This document shows, piece after piece, positions 1 to 21,918 of a DNA stretch of 64,000 bases. The DNA is from the human T2T-CHM13v2.0 reference genome, Homo sapiens. The position numbers and the translations under genes are program-made. Each line of letters starts with the position of its first letter. Within the stretch, counting starts at the first letter, position 1. The DNA is taken from assembly GCF_009914755.1 (NCBI RefSeq), contig NC_060936.1. One strand, written 5' to 3'. The notes below the pieces were generated by a model. That model had not been told where the DNA came from. It worked only from the letters and a program-made list of their open reading frames with translations, and did no database searches.

Positions 1-255
1 ATATTTTTACTGCACCTGTTCTGTGTTTAGATAAATACTCTTACCATTGTGTTACAACTGCCTATAGCATTCAGTACAGTAGCACGCTGTATAGGTTGAT
101 AGCCTAGGAGCAATCGGCTATACCATATAGCCTAGGTATGTAGTAGGCTACACCATCTAGGTTTGTTTAAGTATACTCCATGATGTTTGCAAGATGATCA
201 AATTGTCTGACACATTTCTCAGACTGGATCCCTGTTGCTAAGGGACACATGACTG
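1..255. mobile_element. TcMar-Tigger DNA transposon fragment (Tigger3/GOLEM-like)
   Basis: Ends in ATTTCTCAGACTGGATCCCTGTTGCTAAGGGACACATGACTG, resembling the Tigger3-type terminus as I recall it. Confidence 0.6.
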
Positions 256-398
256 TGCTGTTATAAAAATGAGCCGCTGTTATCACACTAAAGACAGCAT
301 TTCTTCTCCTCCTCAGCCGTGGCACACAGCACAGAGCACGAAGTCAGGCTTCTTAAGCTACAAGAAGAAACACCAAAAGAAGCTCAGAACATACTCAC

Positions 399-498
399 CT
401 GGTATCTTCCAGTGTCACCTGACCTGATTTTTCATCCACTACAATTCTACAGTGATCTCCAGAGACCAGTTTATTGCTGGGGAAGGAAAGGTCGCAAC
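399..498 (-). CDS. CHFR: CHFR coding exon (FHA domain), 100 bp
   Basis: AG acceptor at 499-500 and GTGAGT donor at 398-393. Joined in phase 1 to the ATG exon it reads GCDLSFPSNKLVSGDHCRIVVDEKSGQVTLEDT(S). Not in the ORF track. Confidence 0.96.
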
Positions 499-502
499 CT
501 AA

Positions 503-9175
<8,673 letters not shown>

Positions 9176-10033
9176 AACCAGGTGCAAGCACATTATAAGG
9201 GGTGAAATTAACCAAAAAAAAAAAAAAATTGCTTCCAAACAGCAAATATTTCCCATCCTCGCTCCTTTTTAGAGTATAATGTCGGAGCTAATTCATTAAT
9301 TTTCAGACAAACTAAACATTTTTGTTGACAGGACCAGCGCATTTCTCTCCCCATACAAAGGCTTCAGAGGAAATCAAACAACCAGATGGTCACTTGGGAG
9401 ACTGGAGGCAGTGAATGTGGAGGCTGAGGGAACTTTCTCTCACCCGTTGTATGACTTTGTTCAAGTTTTTAGCTTTCCAGGTTTATTAAATAAATAAATA
9501 TTCTAGGGGCTGGGACTTGAGATCTTTTTTAATATAAGCACTACAGCTATAAATTTCCCTCTGAGTACTGCCTTGGCTGCATCCTAAATACCTTTTGGTG
9601 TATTCTATTTTTGTTTCATTTGTCTCAAAACAAGGTCCCCGTTGTAAAGACTTATTTGACCCACCGGTTGCTTTAAGAGTGTGGTGTTTCATGTCCACAT
9701 ATCTGTGAATTTTCCACTTTTCCTTCTATTATTTTTAATTTCGTTCCATTACAGTCAGAAGAGATACTCTGTACGGCAACGAACGTGACAATATTGCATT
9801 CTGGAGAGTATATGAACACAACTAACTTATACAGTTGTAACGAAGGCTAAATGATGTGCGTGAATCATGCGCAAGAATCGGTGGGCAGAACACCGAATAA
9901 ATACCAGTTCTTACATGACATTTCACTCCACGGAAAAATCTGGAGCGCACACTGCACCGCCGCCCGTGTGGCCTGCCCGCAACCCGGTGGCTCTGCCCGG
10001 CCCCGGCCCCCGGCCCCGGCCTCAGCCCCGCAC

Positions 10034-10166
10034 CTCGTCTCCGCCCGATGGTCCACTCCCGCTTCCTCAGGAGGACGTGCGGCTCGCCCTCCTCCGCGCC
10101 CAGACGCAGGAGCCGTCCCCAGGGCTGCGGCGGCGGCGACTGCTTGCCTTCCTCGGGCCGCTCCAT
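10034..10166 (-). CDS. CHFR: CHFR first coding exon (whole exon 10034-10178 with 12 nt of 5' UTR)
   Basis: MERPEEGKQSPPPQPWGRLLRLGAEEGEPHVLLRKREWTIGRRR(G); acceptor at 10179-10180, GT donor at 10033-10032; phase matches exon 399-498. Confidence 0.97.
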
Positions 10167-10384
10167 CGGGATTCACATCTGCGGAGACCCCGGAAACGCC
10201 CATGGAGACTCCCGACCCCAAAGGCCGAGACTCGGCGCCCGCCCCACCCCGCGGGCCCCGGCCCGGCCGCCCGCGCCCACGCAGCCCCGCAGCCCGGCCT
10301 GGACGCCGGCGGGCGCCCCCTCCCACGGCCGCAACCAGGTCCCCCTTCGCCGCCCGCCGCAGCCCCCTCGCCAGCCGCGCTTAC

Positions 10385-10445
10385 CCCCGCCCCGCGCCGA
10401 ACCCGGAACCGGCTGCGCCGCCGCCGCTGTCAAGAGACATTGCGG
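10385..10445 (-). other. CHFR: CHFR non-coding first exon, proximal candidate
   Basis: GGG|GTAAGC donor at 10384; 5' boundary approximate. Confidence 0.7.
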
Positions 10446-10516
10446 CTCCCTCAGCTGATCCGCGGGGCGGGGCCAGAGGCCTCTGCGCCCCGCGATTGGC
10501 TGGCGGCGGCGCTCAC

Positions 10517-10610
10517 CAAGAGCGGCAGCTAAAGCGGAGCCGGGAGTGGCCCGCGAGAGTAGGCGCGTGGAGGGCGCTCGGCCATCTTTGATCCTGACCA
10601 GGCGACTTCG
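10517..10610 (-). other. CHFR: CHFR non-coding first exon, distal candidate
   Basis: TTG|GTGAGC donor at 10516, next to YY1/ETS motifs; 5' boundary approximate. Confidence 0.55.
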
Positions 10611-11379
10611 TCGCCTGCGGATCACGGAAGTGGCTGCGGTCGGCGCCATGTTATGTTGGGGCAGAAGGGACGGGGAACTTCCGGATTGGAAGCCCCAAGG
10701 ATTCTGAGAGCCCCGCTAATCTGGGGATGACTCCTAGGAGTAGAAGACGGTTCATCTTAGTTGTCACGAGGTAGTGCACGTGGGGACCCTTTCGGGTACA
10801 GTTGCACACAGTGGATCACACAGATCCGAAGTCTGAGGCACAGGGCGCGGTCCGCGAGTGGGAGCGGCTGCTTGTGGGCAGGGTGGACGCGGGGCCACGT
10901 CTTGGCCGGCGTTTTGCGGGATCTTCCTGTTCTGAACGCGCGTAACTTTTGCCTCAGTATCTCACTTCTTGGAATCCGGCGGCGTTCACGTGTGTGCTCC
11001 AGAGAAGGGCGCCAGAGGGTATTCCCTGAAAGTGAAAGGTCGGCGAAAGAGGAGTAAAGACGGCGAGACGCGTCCACGCAGGGGGAGTCTGTGCGGTTTG
11101 GAGGAACGCGCCAATGTCTGCACTCATGAGGAGCCCCCAAGGGCGGTTTTAAGAGGGTGAAGCAGGACCGGGCGCAGTGACTTACGCCTGTAATCTAAGT
11201 GCTTTGGAAGGCCTAGGCAGGAGGATCTCGAGCCCAGGAGTTCGAGATTAGCCTGAGACCTCATCGCTACCAAAATAAATAAAGTAGGCATCCATTTGTG
11301 TAAAACAAACCATATATACACACATATATACATATATAAACATTTGTATATATAGGTATAGGCTTAGTTATCTATACCT

Positions 11380-12285
11380 TGTAAACCAAAAATAAAATTG
11401 TAAGCCTCCGCAACCAACTGAATGAACTGAGTCTCTCAACGCCAAAGTTAATCTGAAAAACCAGTTCAGTCCCTGATGGGAAGCAGGGTTTGGATATGTC
11501 CCATTATACTGTCCTCCCTTTGGAATTCAGGTATAACTGACCAGCGTCGACGTTAAAACAGACAACTTAAGGCTGACCAAACGGTCTGTAGCATTAAGAT
11601 ACATCACATGACAAATAGCAGGCCCTGGAAGAAAACGAAGTATTTTACCCTGACATGTATTTATTTAACATAGTTTTACGTAGCCCTGCAAAACTGTCTC
11701 CTGGGGGAAATCTACTTTGTAGAGAATCTCCTTCCTTTTCCACATCTTTTCCTGATCCAGGAGAGAATGTAAGACTCTGGCACCTTTTTAACTCTGATAA
11801 GAAAAGTTTACCATCTATTCTCTCTGAAGCCTGCTGCCTGGAGCGGCATCTGCATTAGAATGGCCAGAGTGGTGGTGCTCAAGCCTGTAATCCTAGCACT
11901 TTGGGAGGCCGAGGTGGGTGGATCGCTTGAGCCCAGGTATTCAGACCATCCTGGGCAACATGGGGAGACCCCGTCTTAGCTGGACATGATGACAGCACAT
12001 GCCTATAGTCCCAGCTATTCAGGAGGCTGAGGTGGGCAGATTCCTTGAGCCCGGGAGGACAAGGCTGCGGTAAACCACAGTCTGTGCCACTGCAATCCAG
12101 CCTGGGCAACAGAGACCCTGTCAAAAAAAAAATAACAAAATAGAAACTTTGTCTCCCTTAGCTTAACCCAGACAATCCTTTCTATTGATTCCAGGTCTTT
12201 AGATAATAACAACTCTTTCAACCAAGTGCCAATCAGAAAATCTTTGAATCCATCTATGAACTTTCTCCCTAAAAGGTGTAAAACC
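11380..12285 (+). mobile_element. MER4-family LTR, 5' part (contains an Alu at ~11862-12140)
   Basis: Starts TGTAAACCAAAAATAAAATT; stops at AAAAGGTGTAAAACC and resumes at 21500. Confidence 0.7.
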
Positions 12286-12348
12286 GGCTGGGCGCAGTGG
12301 CTCACGTCTGTAATCCCAGCAGTTTGGGAGGCTGAGGCAGGTGGATCA
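12286..12348 (+). mobile_element. 5' fragment of an Alu split by HERV-H
   Basis: GGCTGGGCGCAGTGG...GGTGGATCA stops at the LTR and resumes as CGAGGTCAGG at 21264. Confidence 0.95.
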
Positions 12349-12809
12349 TGTCAGGCCTCTGAACCTAAGCTAAGCCATCGCATCCCCTGTGACCTGCATG
12401 TATATATATGCCTAGATGGCCTGAAGTAACTGAAGAATCACAAAAGAAGTGAAAATGGCCTGTTCCTGCCTTAGCTGATGACATTCCACTACAAAAGAAG
12501 TGAAAATGGCCGGTCCTTGCCTTAACTGATGACATTACCTTGTGAAATTCCTTCTCCTGGCTCATCCTGGCTCAAAAAGCTCCCTCATTGAGCACCTTGT
12601 GACCCCCACCCCTGCCCACCAGAGAACAACCCCCCTTTGACTGTAATTTTCGTTTACCTACTTAAATCTTATAAAACGGCCCCACTACCCCTATCTGCCC
12701 TTTGCTGACTCTCTTTTCGGACTCAGCCCGCCTACACCCAGGTGAGTAAAAAACTTTATTGCTCACACAAAGCCTGTTTGATCGTCTCTTCACATGGACG
12801 CGAGTGAAA
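12349..12809 (+). promoter_or_regulatory. 5' LTR7 (461 bp)
   Basis: TGTCAGGCCTCTG...GAGTGAAA; two tandem ~48-bp U3 repeats (CAAAAGAAGTGAAAATGGCC...); TATAAAA 12670-12676. Confidence 0.96.
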
Positions 12810-12811
12810 TT

Positions 12812-12829
12812 TGGTGCCGTGACTCGGAT
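12812..12829 (+). other. Primer binding site for tRNA-His
   Basis: TGGTGCCGTGACTCGGAT, complementary to the 3' 18 nt of tRNA-His, directly after the LTR. Confidence 0.95.
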
Positions 12830-13407
12830 CGGGAGACCTCCCTTGGGAGATCAATCCCCTGTCCTACTCTTTGCTCCGTGAGAAAGATCCACCTACGACC
12901 TCAGGTCCTCAGACCAACCAGCCCAAGGAACATCTCACCAATTTTAAATCGGGTAATGGCCTCTTTTCACTCTCTTCTCCCACCTCTCTCACTATCCCTC
13001 AACCTCTTTCTCCTTTCAATCTTGGTGCCACACTTTAATCTCTCCCTACTCTTAATTTCAGTTCCTTTCCTTTTCTGGTAGAGACAAAGGAGACGCGTTT
13101 TATCCATGAACCCAAAATTCCGGCGCCGGTCATGGACTCGGGAAGACAGTCTTCCCTTGGTGTTTAATCGCGCAGGGACGCCTGCCTGATTATTCACCCA
13201 CGTTTCAGAGGTGTCTGACCATGCAGGGACGCCTGCCTTGGTCCTTCACCCTTAGTGGCAAGTAATGCTTTTTTGGGGGGCAAGAACCCCCCAACCCCTT
13301 CTCTCCGTGTCTCTACCCCTTCTTCACTTTCCTGGGTGGCAAGCACCCCCCACCCCCTTCTCTCCATGTCTCTACCCTCTCTTTTCTCTGGGCTTGCCTC
13401 CTTCACT

Positions 13408-15024
13408 ATGGGCAAACTTCCACCCTCCATTCCTCCCTCTTCTCCATTAGCCTGTGTTCTCAAAAACTTAAAACCTCTTCAACTCACACCTGACCTAAAA
13501 CCTAAACGCCTTGTTTTCTTCTGCAACACCGCTTGGCCCCAATACAAACTTGACAATGGCTCTAAATAGCCAGAAAACGGCACTTTCAACTTCTCCATTC
13601 TACAAGACCTAAATAATTTTTGTCAAAAAATAGGCAAATGATCTGAGGTGCTTTACATCCAGGCATTTTTCACACTTCGTTCCCTCCCTAGTCTCTGTTC
13701 CCAATGCGATTCCTCCCAAATCCTCCTTCTCTCCCTCCTGCCTGTTCCCTCAGTCCCAACCCCAAGCGTCGCTGAGTCTTTCCAGTCTTCCTTTTCTACA
13801 GACCCATCTGACCTCTCCCCTCCTCCCCAGGCTGCTCGTCGCCAGGCCAAGCTAAGTCCCAATTCTTCCTCAGCCTCCGCTCCTCCACCCTATAATCTTT
13901 CTGTCACCTCCCCTCCTCACACCCGGTCCGGCTTACAGTTTAGTTCCTTGACTAGCTCTTCCCCACCTGCCCAACAATTTCCTCCTAGAGAGGTGGCTGG
14001 AGCTGAAGGCATAGTCAGGGTACATGTGCCTTTTTCTCTATCAGACCTCTCTCAGATCAGTCAACATTTAGGCTCTTTCTCATCAGACCCCACTAAACAT
14101 ATACAGGAATTCCGATATCTAACTCTGTCCTACAAGTTAACCTGGAGTGACCTAAATGTCATCCTGACTTCTACCCTCTCCCCAGATGAACGGGAAAGAG
14201 TTTTTTCTCTAGCCCAATCTCACGCTGATAACCACCGGCTTCACGAGCCATACCTCCAGGAAGGCATCAGAGCAGTTCCCCGAGAGGATCCCCAATGGAA
14301 CTATCAGGCAGATTCCCCAGGTACAGCTAGGCAAGATTACATGATTTCCTGCCTAGTTGAAGGGCTTAAAAAGGCAGCTTACAAACCTGTTAATTATGAC
14401 AAGCTTAAAGAAACTACCCAAGGTAAAGACGAAAACCAAGCCCAGTTCATGGCCTGCTTAGCAGCAACACTCAGACACTTTACCGCCCTAGACCCAGAGG
14501 GGCCAGAAGGCCGCCTTATTCTTAATATGCATTTTATCATCCAATCCACTCCTGACATTAGGAAAAAACTTCAAAAATTAGAATCTGGCCCTCAAACCCC
14601 ACAATAGGAATGAATCAACCTTGCCTTCAAGGTGTACAATAATAGAGAGGAGGCAGCCAGACGGCAACGCATTTCTGAGTTACAATTACTTGCCTCTGCT
14701 GTAAGACAAAACCCAGCCACACCTCCAGCACACAAGAAATTCAAAATGCCTAAGCCGCACACACCTAAGCCACAGCAGTCAAGCATTCTTACAAGACTTC
14801 CTCCATCAGGATCTTGCTTCAAGTGCCAGAAATCTGGCCACTGAGCCAAGGAATGCCCATAGCCTGGGATTCCTCCCAAGCCGTGTCCCATCTGTGCAGG
14901 GACCCACTGGAAATCAGACTGCCCAGCTCGCCTGGCAGCCACCCCTAGAGCCCCTAAAGCTCTAGCCCAAGACTCTCTGACTGACTCCTTCCAAGATCTG
15001 CTTGGCTTAGCGGCTGAAGACTGA
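13408..15024 (+). pseudogene. HERV-H gag (disrupted)
   Basis: MGKLPPSIPP start, PPPY late motif, capsid VRVHVPFS...QGKDE, two zinc knuckles CFKCQKSGH*AKEC and CPICAGTHWKSDC; several in-frame stops; ends AAED-TGA. Confidence 0.92.
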
Positions 15025-17514
<2,490 letters not shown>

Positions 17515-17521
<7 letters not shown>

Positions 17522-20500
17522 CCTTTATGTATCTCTCAGCAAAGACCCACTGGAATTCCCCTAGGTAACCTTTCACCTTCTCGATGTTCCTTTATTCTTC
17601 ATCTCCAAAGCCCAACTACACACATCACTGAAACAATTGAAGCCTTCCAGCTCCATATTACAGATAAGCCCTCTATCAATACTGACAAACTTAAAAATAT
17701 TAGTAGTAATTATTGCTTAAGAAGACACTTACCCTGCATTTCACTCCATCCTTGGCTACCTTCCCCTTGCTCATCAGGCTCTCCTCCCAGGCCCTCTTCT
17801 TGTTTACTTATACCCAGACCCATAAATAATAGTGAAAGGTTGCTCGTAGATACTTGACGTTTTCTCATACACCATGAAAATCGAACCTCCCCCTCTATGC
17901 AGTTACCCCATCATGAAAGGTTGCTCGTAGACACTTGACATTTGCTCACACACCATGAAAATCGACCCTCCCCTCTACGCAGTTACCTCATGATGAAAGG
18001 TTGCTCGTAGAAACGCGACGTTTTCTCGCACACCATGAAAATCGAACCTCCCCCTCTACGCAGTTACCCCATCATGAAAGGTTGCTCGTAGACACTCAGC
18101 GTTTCCTCATACACCATGAAAATCGAACCTCCCCCTCTACGCAGTTACCCCATCATGAAAGGTTGCTCGTAGACACTCAGCGTTTCCTCATACACCATGA
18201 AAATCGAACCTCCCCCTCTACGCAGTTACCCCATCATGAAAGGTTGCTCATAGACACTCGACATTTTCTCATACACCATGAAAGTCTAACCTCCCCCTCT
18301 ATGCAGTTACCCCATCATGAAAGGTTGCTCGTAGACACTTGACATTTGCTCACACACCATGAAAATCGACCCTCCCCTCTACGCAGTTACCTCATGATGA
18401 AAGGTTGCTCGTAGAAACGCGACGTTTTCTCGCACACCATGAAAATCGAACCTCCCCCTCTACGCAGTTACCCCATCATGAAAGGTTGCTCGTAGACGCT
18501 CAGCGTTTCCTCATACACCATGAAAATCGAACCTCCCTCTCTACGCAGTTACCCCATCATGAAAGGTTGCCCATAGACACTCGACATTTTCTCATATACC
18601 ATGAAAGTCTAACCTCCCCCTCTATGCAGTTACCCCATCATGAAAGGTTGCTCGTAGACACTTGATGTCTTCTCACACACCATGAAAATCGACCCTCCCC
18701 TCTACGCAGTTACCTCATCATGAAAGGTTGCTCGTAGACACGCAACGCTTTCTCGCACACCATGAAAATCGAACCTCCCCCTCTACGCAGTTACCCCATC
18801 ATGAAAAGTTGCTCGTAGACACTCAGCGTTTCCTCATACACCATGAAAATCAAACCTCCCCCTCTACGCAGTTACCCCATCATGAAAGGTTGCTCGTAGA
18901 CACTCAGCATTTCCTCATACACCATGAAAATCGAACCTCCCTCTCTACGCAGTTACCCCATCATGAAAGGTTGCCCATAGACACTCAACATTTTCTCATA
19001 CACCATGAAAGTCTAACCTCCCCCTCTATGCAGTTACCCCATCATGAAAGGTTGCTCGTAGACACTTGACGTTTTCTCACACACCATGAAAATCGACCCT
19101 CCCCTCGACGCAGTTACCTCATCATGAAAGGTTGCTCGTAGACACTCGACGTTTTCTCGCACACCATGAAAATCGAACCTCCCTCTCTACGCAGTTACCT
19201 CATCATGAAAGGTTGCTCATAGACACTCGACATTTTCTCATACATCATGAAAGTCTAACCTCCCCCTCTATGCAGTTACCCCATCATGAAAGGTTGCTCG
19301 TAGACACTTGACGTTTTCTCACACACCATGAAAATCGATCCTCTCCTCTACGCAGTTACCCCATCATGAAAGGTTGCTCGTAGACACTCGACGTTTTCTC
19401 ACACACCATGAAAATGGAACCTCCCCCTCTACGCAGTTACCCCATCATGAAAGGTTGCTTGTAGACACTCAGCGTTTCCTCATACACCATGAAAATCGAA
19501 CCTCCCCCTCTACGCAGTTACCCCATCATGAAAGGTTGCTCGTAGACACTCAACGTTTTCTCACACACCATGAAAATCGATCCTCCCCTCTATGCAGTTA
19601 CCCCATCATGAAAGGTTGCTCGTAGACACTCAATGTTTTCTCACACACCATGAAAATCGATCCTCCCCTCTATGCAGTTACCCCATCATGAAAGGTTGCT
19701 CATAGACACTAGACGTTTTCTCATACACCATGAAAATCGAACGTCCCCCTCTATGCAGTCACCCCACCAGTCCCCATTACAACCTCTGATGGCTGCTGCC
19801 CTAGCTGGATCCCTAGGAGTGTAGGTACAAGACACCCCTTTCAGCACTCCTTCTCATCTTTTTACTTTGCATCTCCAATTTTGCCTGGCACAAGGTCCCT
19901 TCTTCCTCTGTGGATCCTCTACCTACATGTGTCTACCTGCTAATTGGACAGGCACATGCACATTAGTTTTCCTTACTCCCAAAATTCAATTTGCCAATAG
20001 GAGCAAAAAGCTCCTTGTTCCCCTCATGACACCAACATGACAAAAAAGAGTTATTCCACTAATTCCCTTGCTTGTCGGTTTAAGACTTTCTGCCTCTACT
20101 ATTGCTCTCAGTACTGGGATAGCAGGCATTTCAACCTCTGTCACAACCTTCTGTAGCCTCTCTAATGACTTCTCTGCTAGCATCACAGACATATCACAAA
20201 CTTTATCAGTCCTCCAGGCCCAAGTTGACTCTTTAGCTGTCCTCCAAAATCGCTGAGGCCTTGACTTACTCAATGCTGAAAAAGGAGGACTCTGTATATT
20301 TTTAAATGAAGAGTGTTGTTTTTACCTAAATTAATCTGGCCTGGTGTATGACAACATAAAAAAACTCAAGGATAGGGCCCAAAAACTTGCCAACCAAGCA
20401 AGTAATTACGCTGAACTCCCTTGGGCACTCTCTAATTGGATGTCCTAGGTCCTCCCAGTTCTTAGTCCTTTAATACCCATTTTTCTCCTTCTTTTATTCA

Positions 20501-20637
20501 GACCTTGTATCTTCCGTTTAGTTTCTCAATTCATCCAAAACCGTATCCAGGCCATCACCAATCATTCTATATGACAAATGCTCCTTCTAACAATCCCACA
20601 ATATCACCCCTTACCACAAAATCCTCCTTCAACTTGA
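17515..20637 (+). pseudogene. HERV-H env remnant (3' part of SU and all of TM), 5'-deleted and expanded by a tandem array
   Basis: AAPLCISQQRPTGIPLGN; cleavage site *QKR/VIPLIP; immunosuppressive domain LQNR*GLDLLNAEKGGL; CIFLNEECC (CX6CC); hydrophobic anchor. Confidence 0.93.
17833..19769 (+). repeat. Minisatellite: 24 units (17 x 81 bp and 7 x 80 bp) inside env SU
   Basis: Hand-counted unit starts 17833, 17914, 17994, 18075 ... 19609, 19689; unit encodes ERLLVDTQRFLIHHENRTSPSTQLPHH. Confidence 0.97.
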
Positions 20638-20805
20638 CCTCTCCCATTCTAGGTTCCCACGCCACCCCTAATCCCGCTGGAAGCAGCCCTGAGAAACATC
20701 GCCCATTATCTCTCCATGCCAGCCCCCCAAAAAAATTTTTTTCGCTGCCCCAACACTTCAACACTATTTTATGTTATTTTTCTTATTAATATAAGAAGGC
20801 AGGAA

Positions 20806-21258
20806 TGTCAGGCCTCTGGGCCCAAGCTAAGCCATCACATCCCCTGTGACCTGCATGTATATGCCCAGATGACCTGAAGTAACTGAAGAATCACAAAAGA
20901 AGTGAAAATGGCCTGTTCCTGCCTTAACTGATGACATTCCACTACAAAAGAAGTGAAAATGGCCGGTCCTTGCCTTAACTGATGACAATTACCTTGTGAA
21001 ATTCCTTCTCCTGGCTCATCCTGACTCAAAAAGCTCCCTCACTGAGCACCTTGTGACCCCTACCCCTGCCCGCCAGAGAACAACCCCCTTTGACTGTAAT
21101 TTTCCTTTACCTACTTAAATCTTATAAAACGGCCCCACCCCATCTCCCCTTTGCTGACCCTCTTTTCAGACTCAGCCCGCCTGCACCCAGGTGATTAAAA
21201 AGCTTTATTGCTCACACAAAGCCTGTTTGGTGGTCTCTTCACACGGACGCGAGTGAAA
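20806..21258 (+). terminator. 3' LTR7 (453 bp) with ATTAAA poly(A) signal at 21194-21199
   Basis: Direct repeat of 12349-12809, about 22 substitutions plus a few indels by hand count. Confidence 0.95.
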
Positions 21259-21499
21259 GATCACGAGGTCAGGAGTTCAAGACCAACCTGGCCAAGATGG
21301 TGAAACCCCTTGTCTACTAAAAATACAAAAAAAATTAGTCAGGCTTGTTGGCAGGTGCCTGTAATCTCAGCTACTCAGGAGGCTGAGGCAGAGAATTGCT
21401 TGAACCCGGGAGGCAGAGGTTGCAGTGAGCCGAGATTGCGTGTCACTGCACTCCAGCCTGGGTGACAGAGTGAGACTCTGTCTTTAAAAAAAAAAAAAA
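21259..21499 (+). mobile_element. 3' fragment of the split Alu (AluSg-like)
   Basis: GATCACGAGGTCAGGAGTTC...polyA; approximate Alu TSD AAAAGGTGTAAAACC / AAAAGTATAAAACC. Confidence 0.93.
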
Positions 21500-21642
21500 G
21501 TATAAAACCAAGCTGTAGCCCCACCACCATGGGCACAGGGTCTTAGGACCTCTTGGGACTGTGCCGTGGGCCGTGATCACTCACTTTTGGCTCAGAATAA
21601 ACCTCTTCAAATTTTGTAGAGCTTGACTCTTTTAATTAATAA
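21500..21642 (+). mobile_element. MER4-family LTR, 3' part
   Basis: GTATAAAACCAAGCTGTAGCCC...GGCTCAGAATAAACCTCTTCAAA continues the LTR from 12285. Confidence 0.7.
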
Positions 21643-21918
21643 TGTGTACATACAAATATGTTTATGAAAATGAAAATCTCTCTAGAAGGATACACAAGGA
21701 AATGGCGGTGGCTTCCTCGGAAACACGGACTTAAAGTCAAGGGGTAATGAAGACTTACCTTTCACTATATGTTTCTCTCAGTCAGTTCCACCAGAAAAAC
21801 AGAACCAAAATCGGTAGGATGATGGAGAACACAGCAAGACCCATGAATTCCATGAGCATGGGCCCACGGTGCACCTCATTTACTGTGAAGTGGGTTCTTC
21901 GATCAGAAGCGATGTCAT

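Larger units (their letters stand above)
9945..11150. promoter_or_regulatory. CpG island, probably bidirectional promoter of CHFR
   Basis: Very high GC and CpG; YY1-like GCCATCTT 10581-10588 and GCCATGTT 10645-10652; opposed ETS cores CGGAAGT 10625-10631 and ACTTCCGG 10677-10684; ATTGG 10685-10689. Confidence 0.9.

Noticed and set aside
9822-11160. Long overlapping Pro/Arg/Gly-rich ORFs (up to 246 aa) and the tail of the 114-aa ORF
   Set aside because: Expected stop depletion in a CpG island; only 10034-10166 is CHFR coding, the rest is intron read-through
13648-14607. 319-aa gag ORF as a domesticated capsid gene
   Set aside because: Begins at GTG between stops, the first in-frame ATG is late (14341), and flanking gag is broken. 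Only dN/dS across orthologues could rescue it.
17833-19769. Array as a CRISPR-like repeat-spacer locus or a novel repeat-protein gene
   Set aside because: Units are contiguous near-identical copies without unique spacers and derive from env. The listed ORFs start at TTG and are cut by stops or frameshifts every few units.
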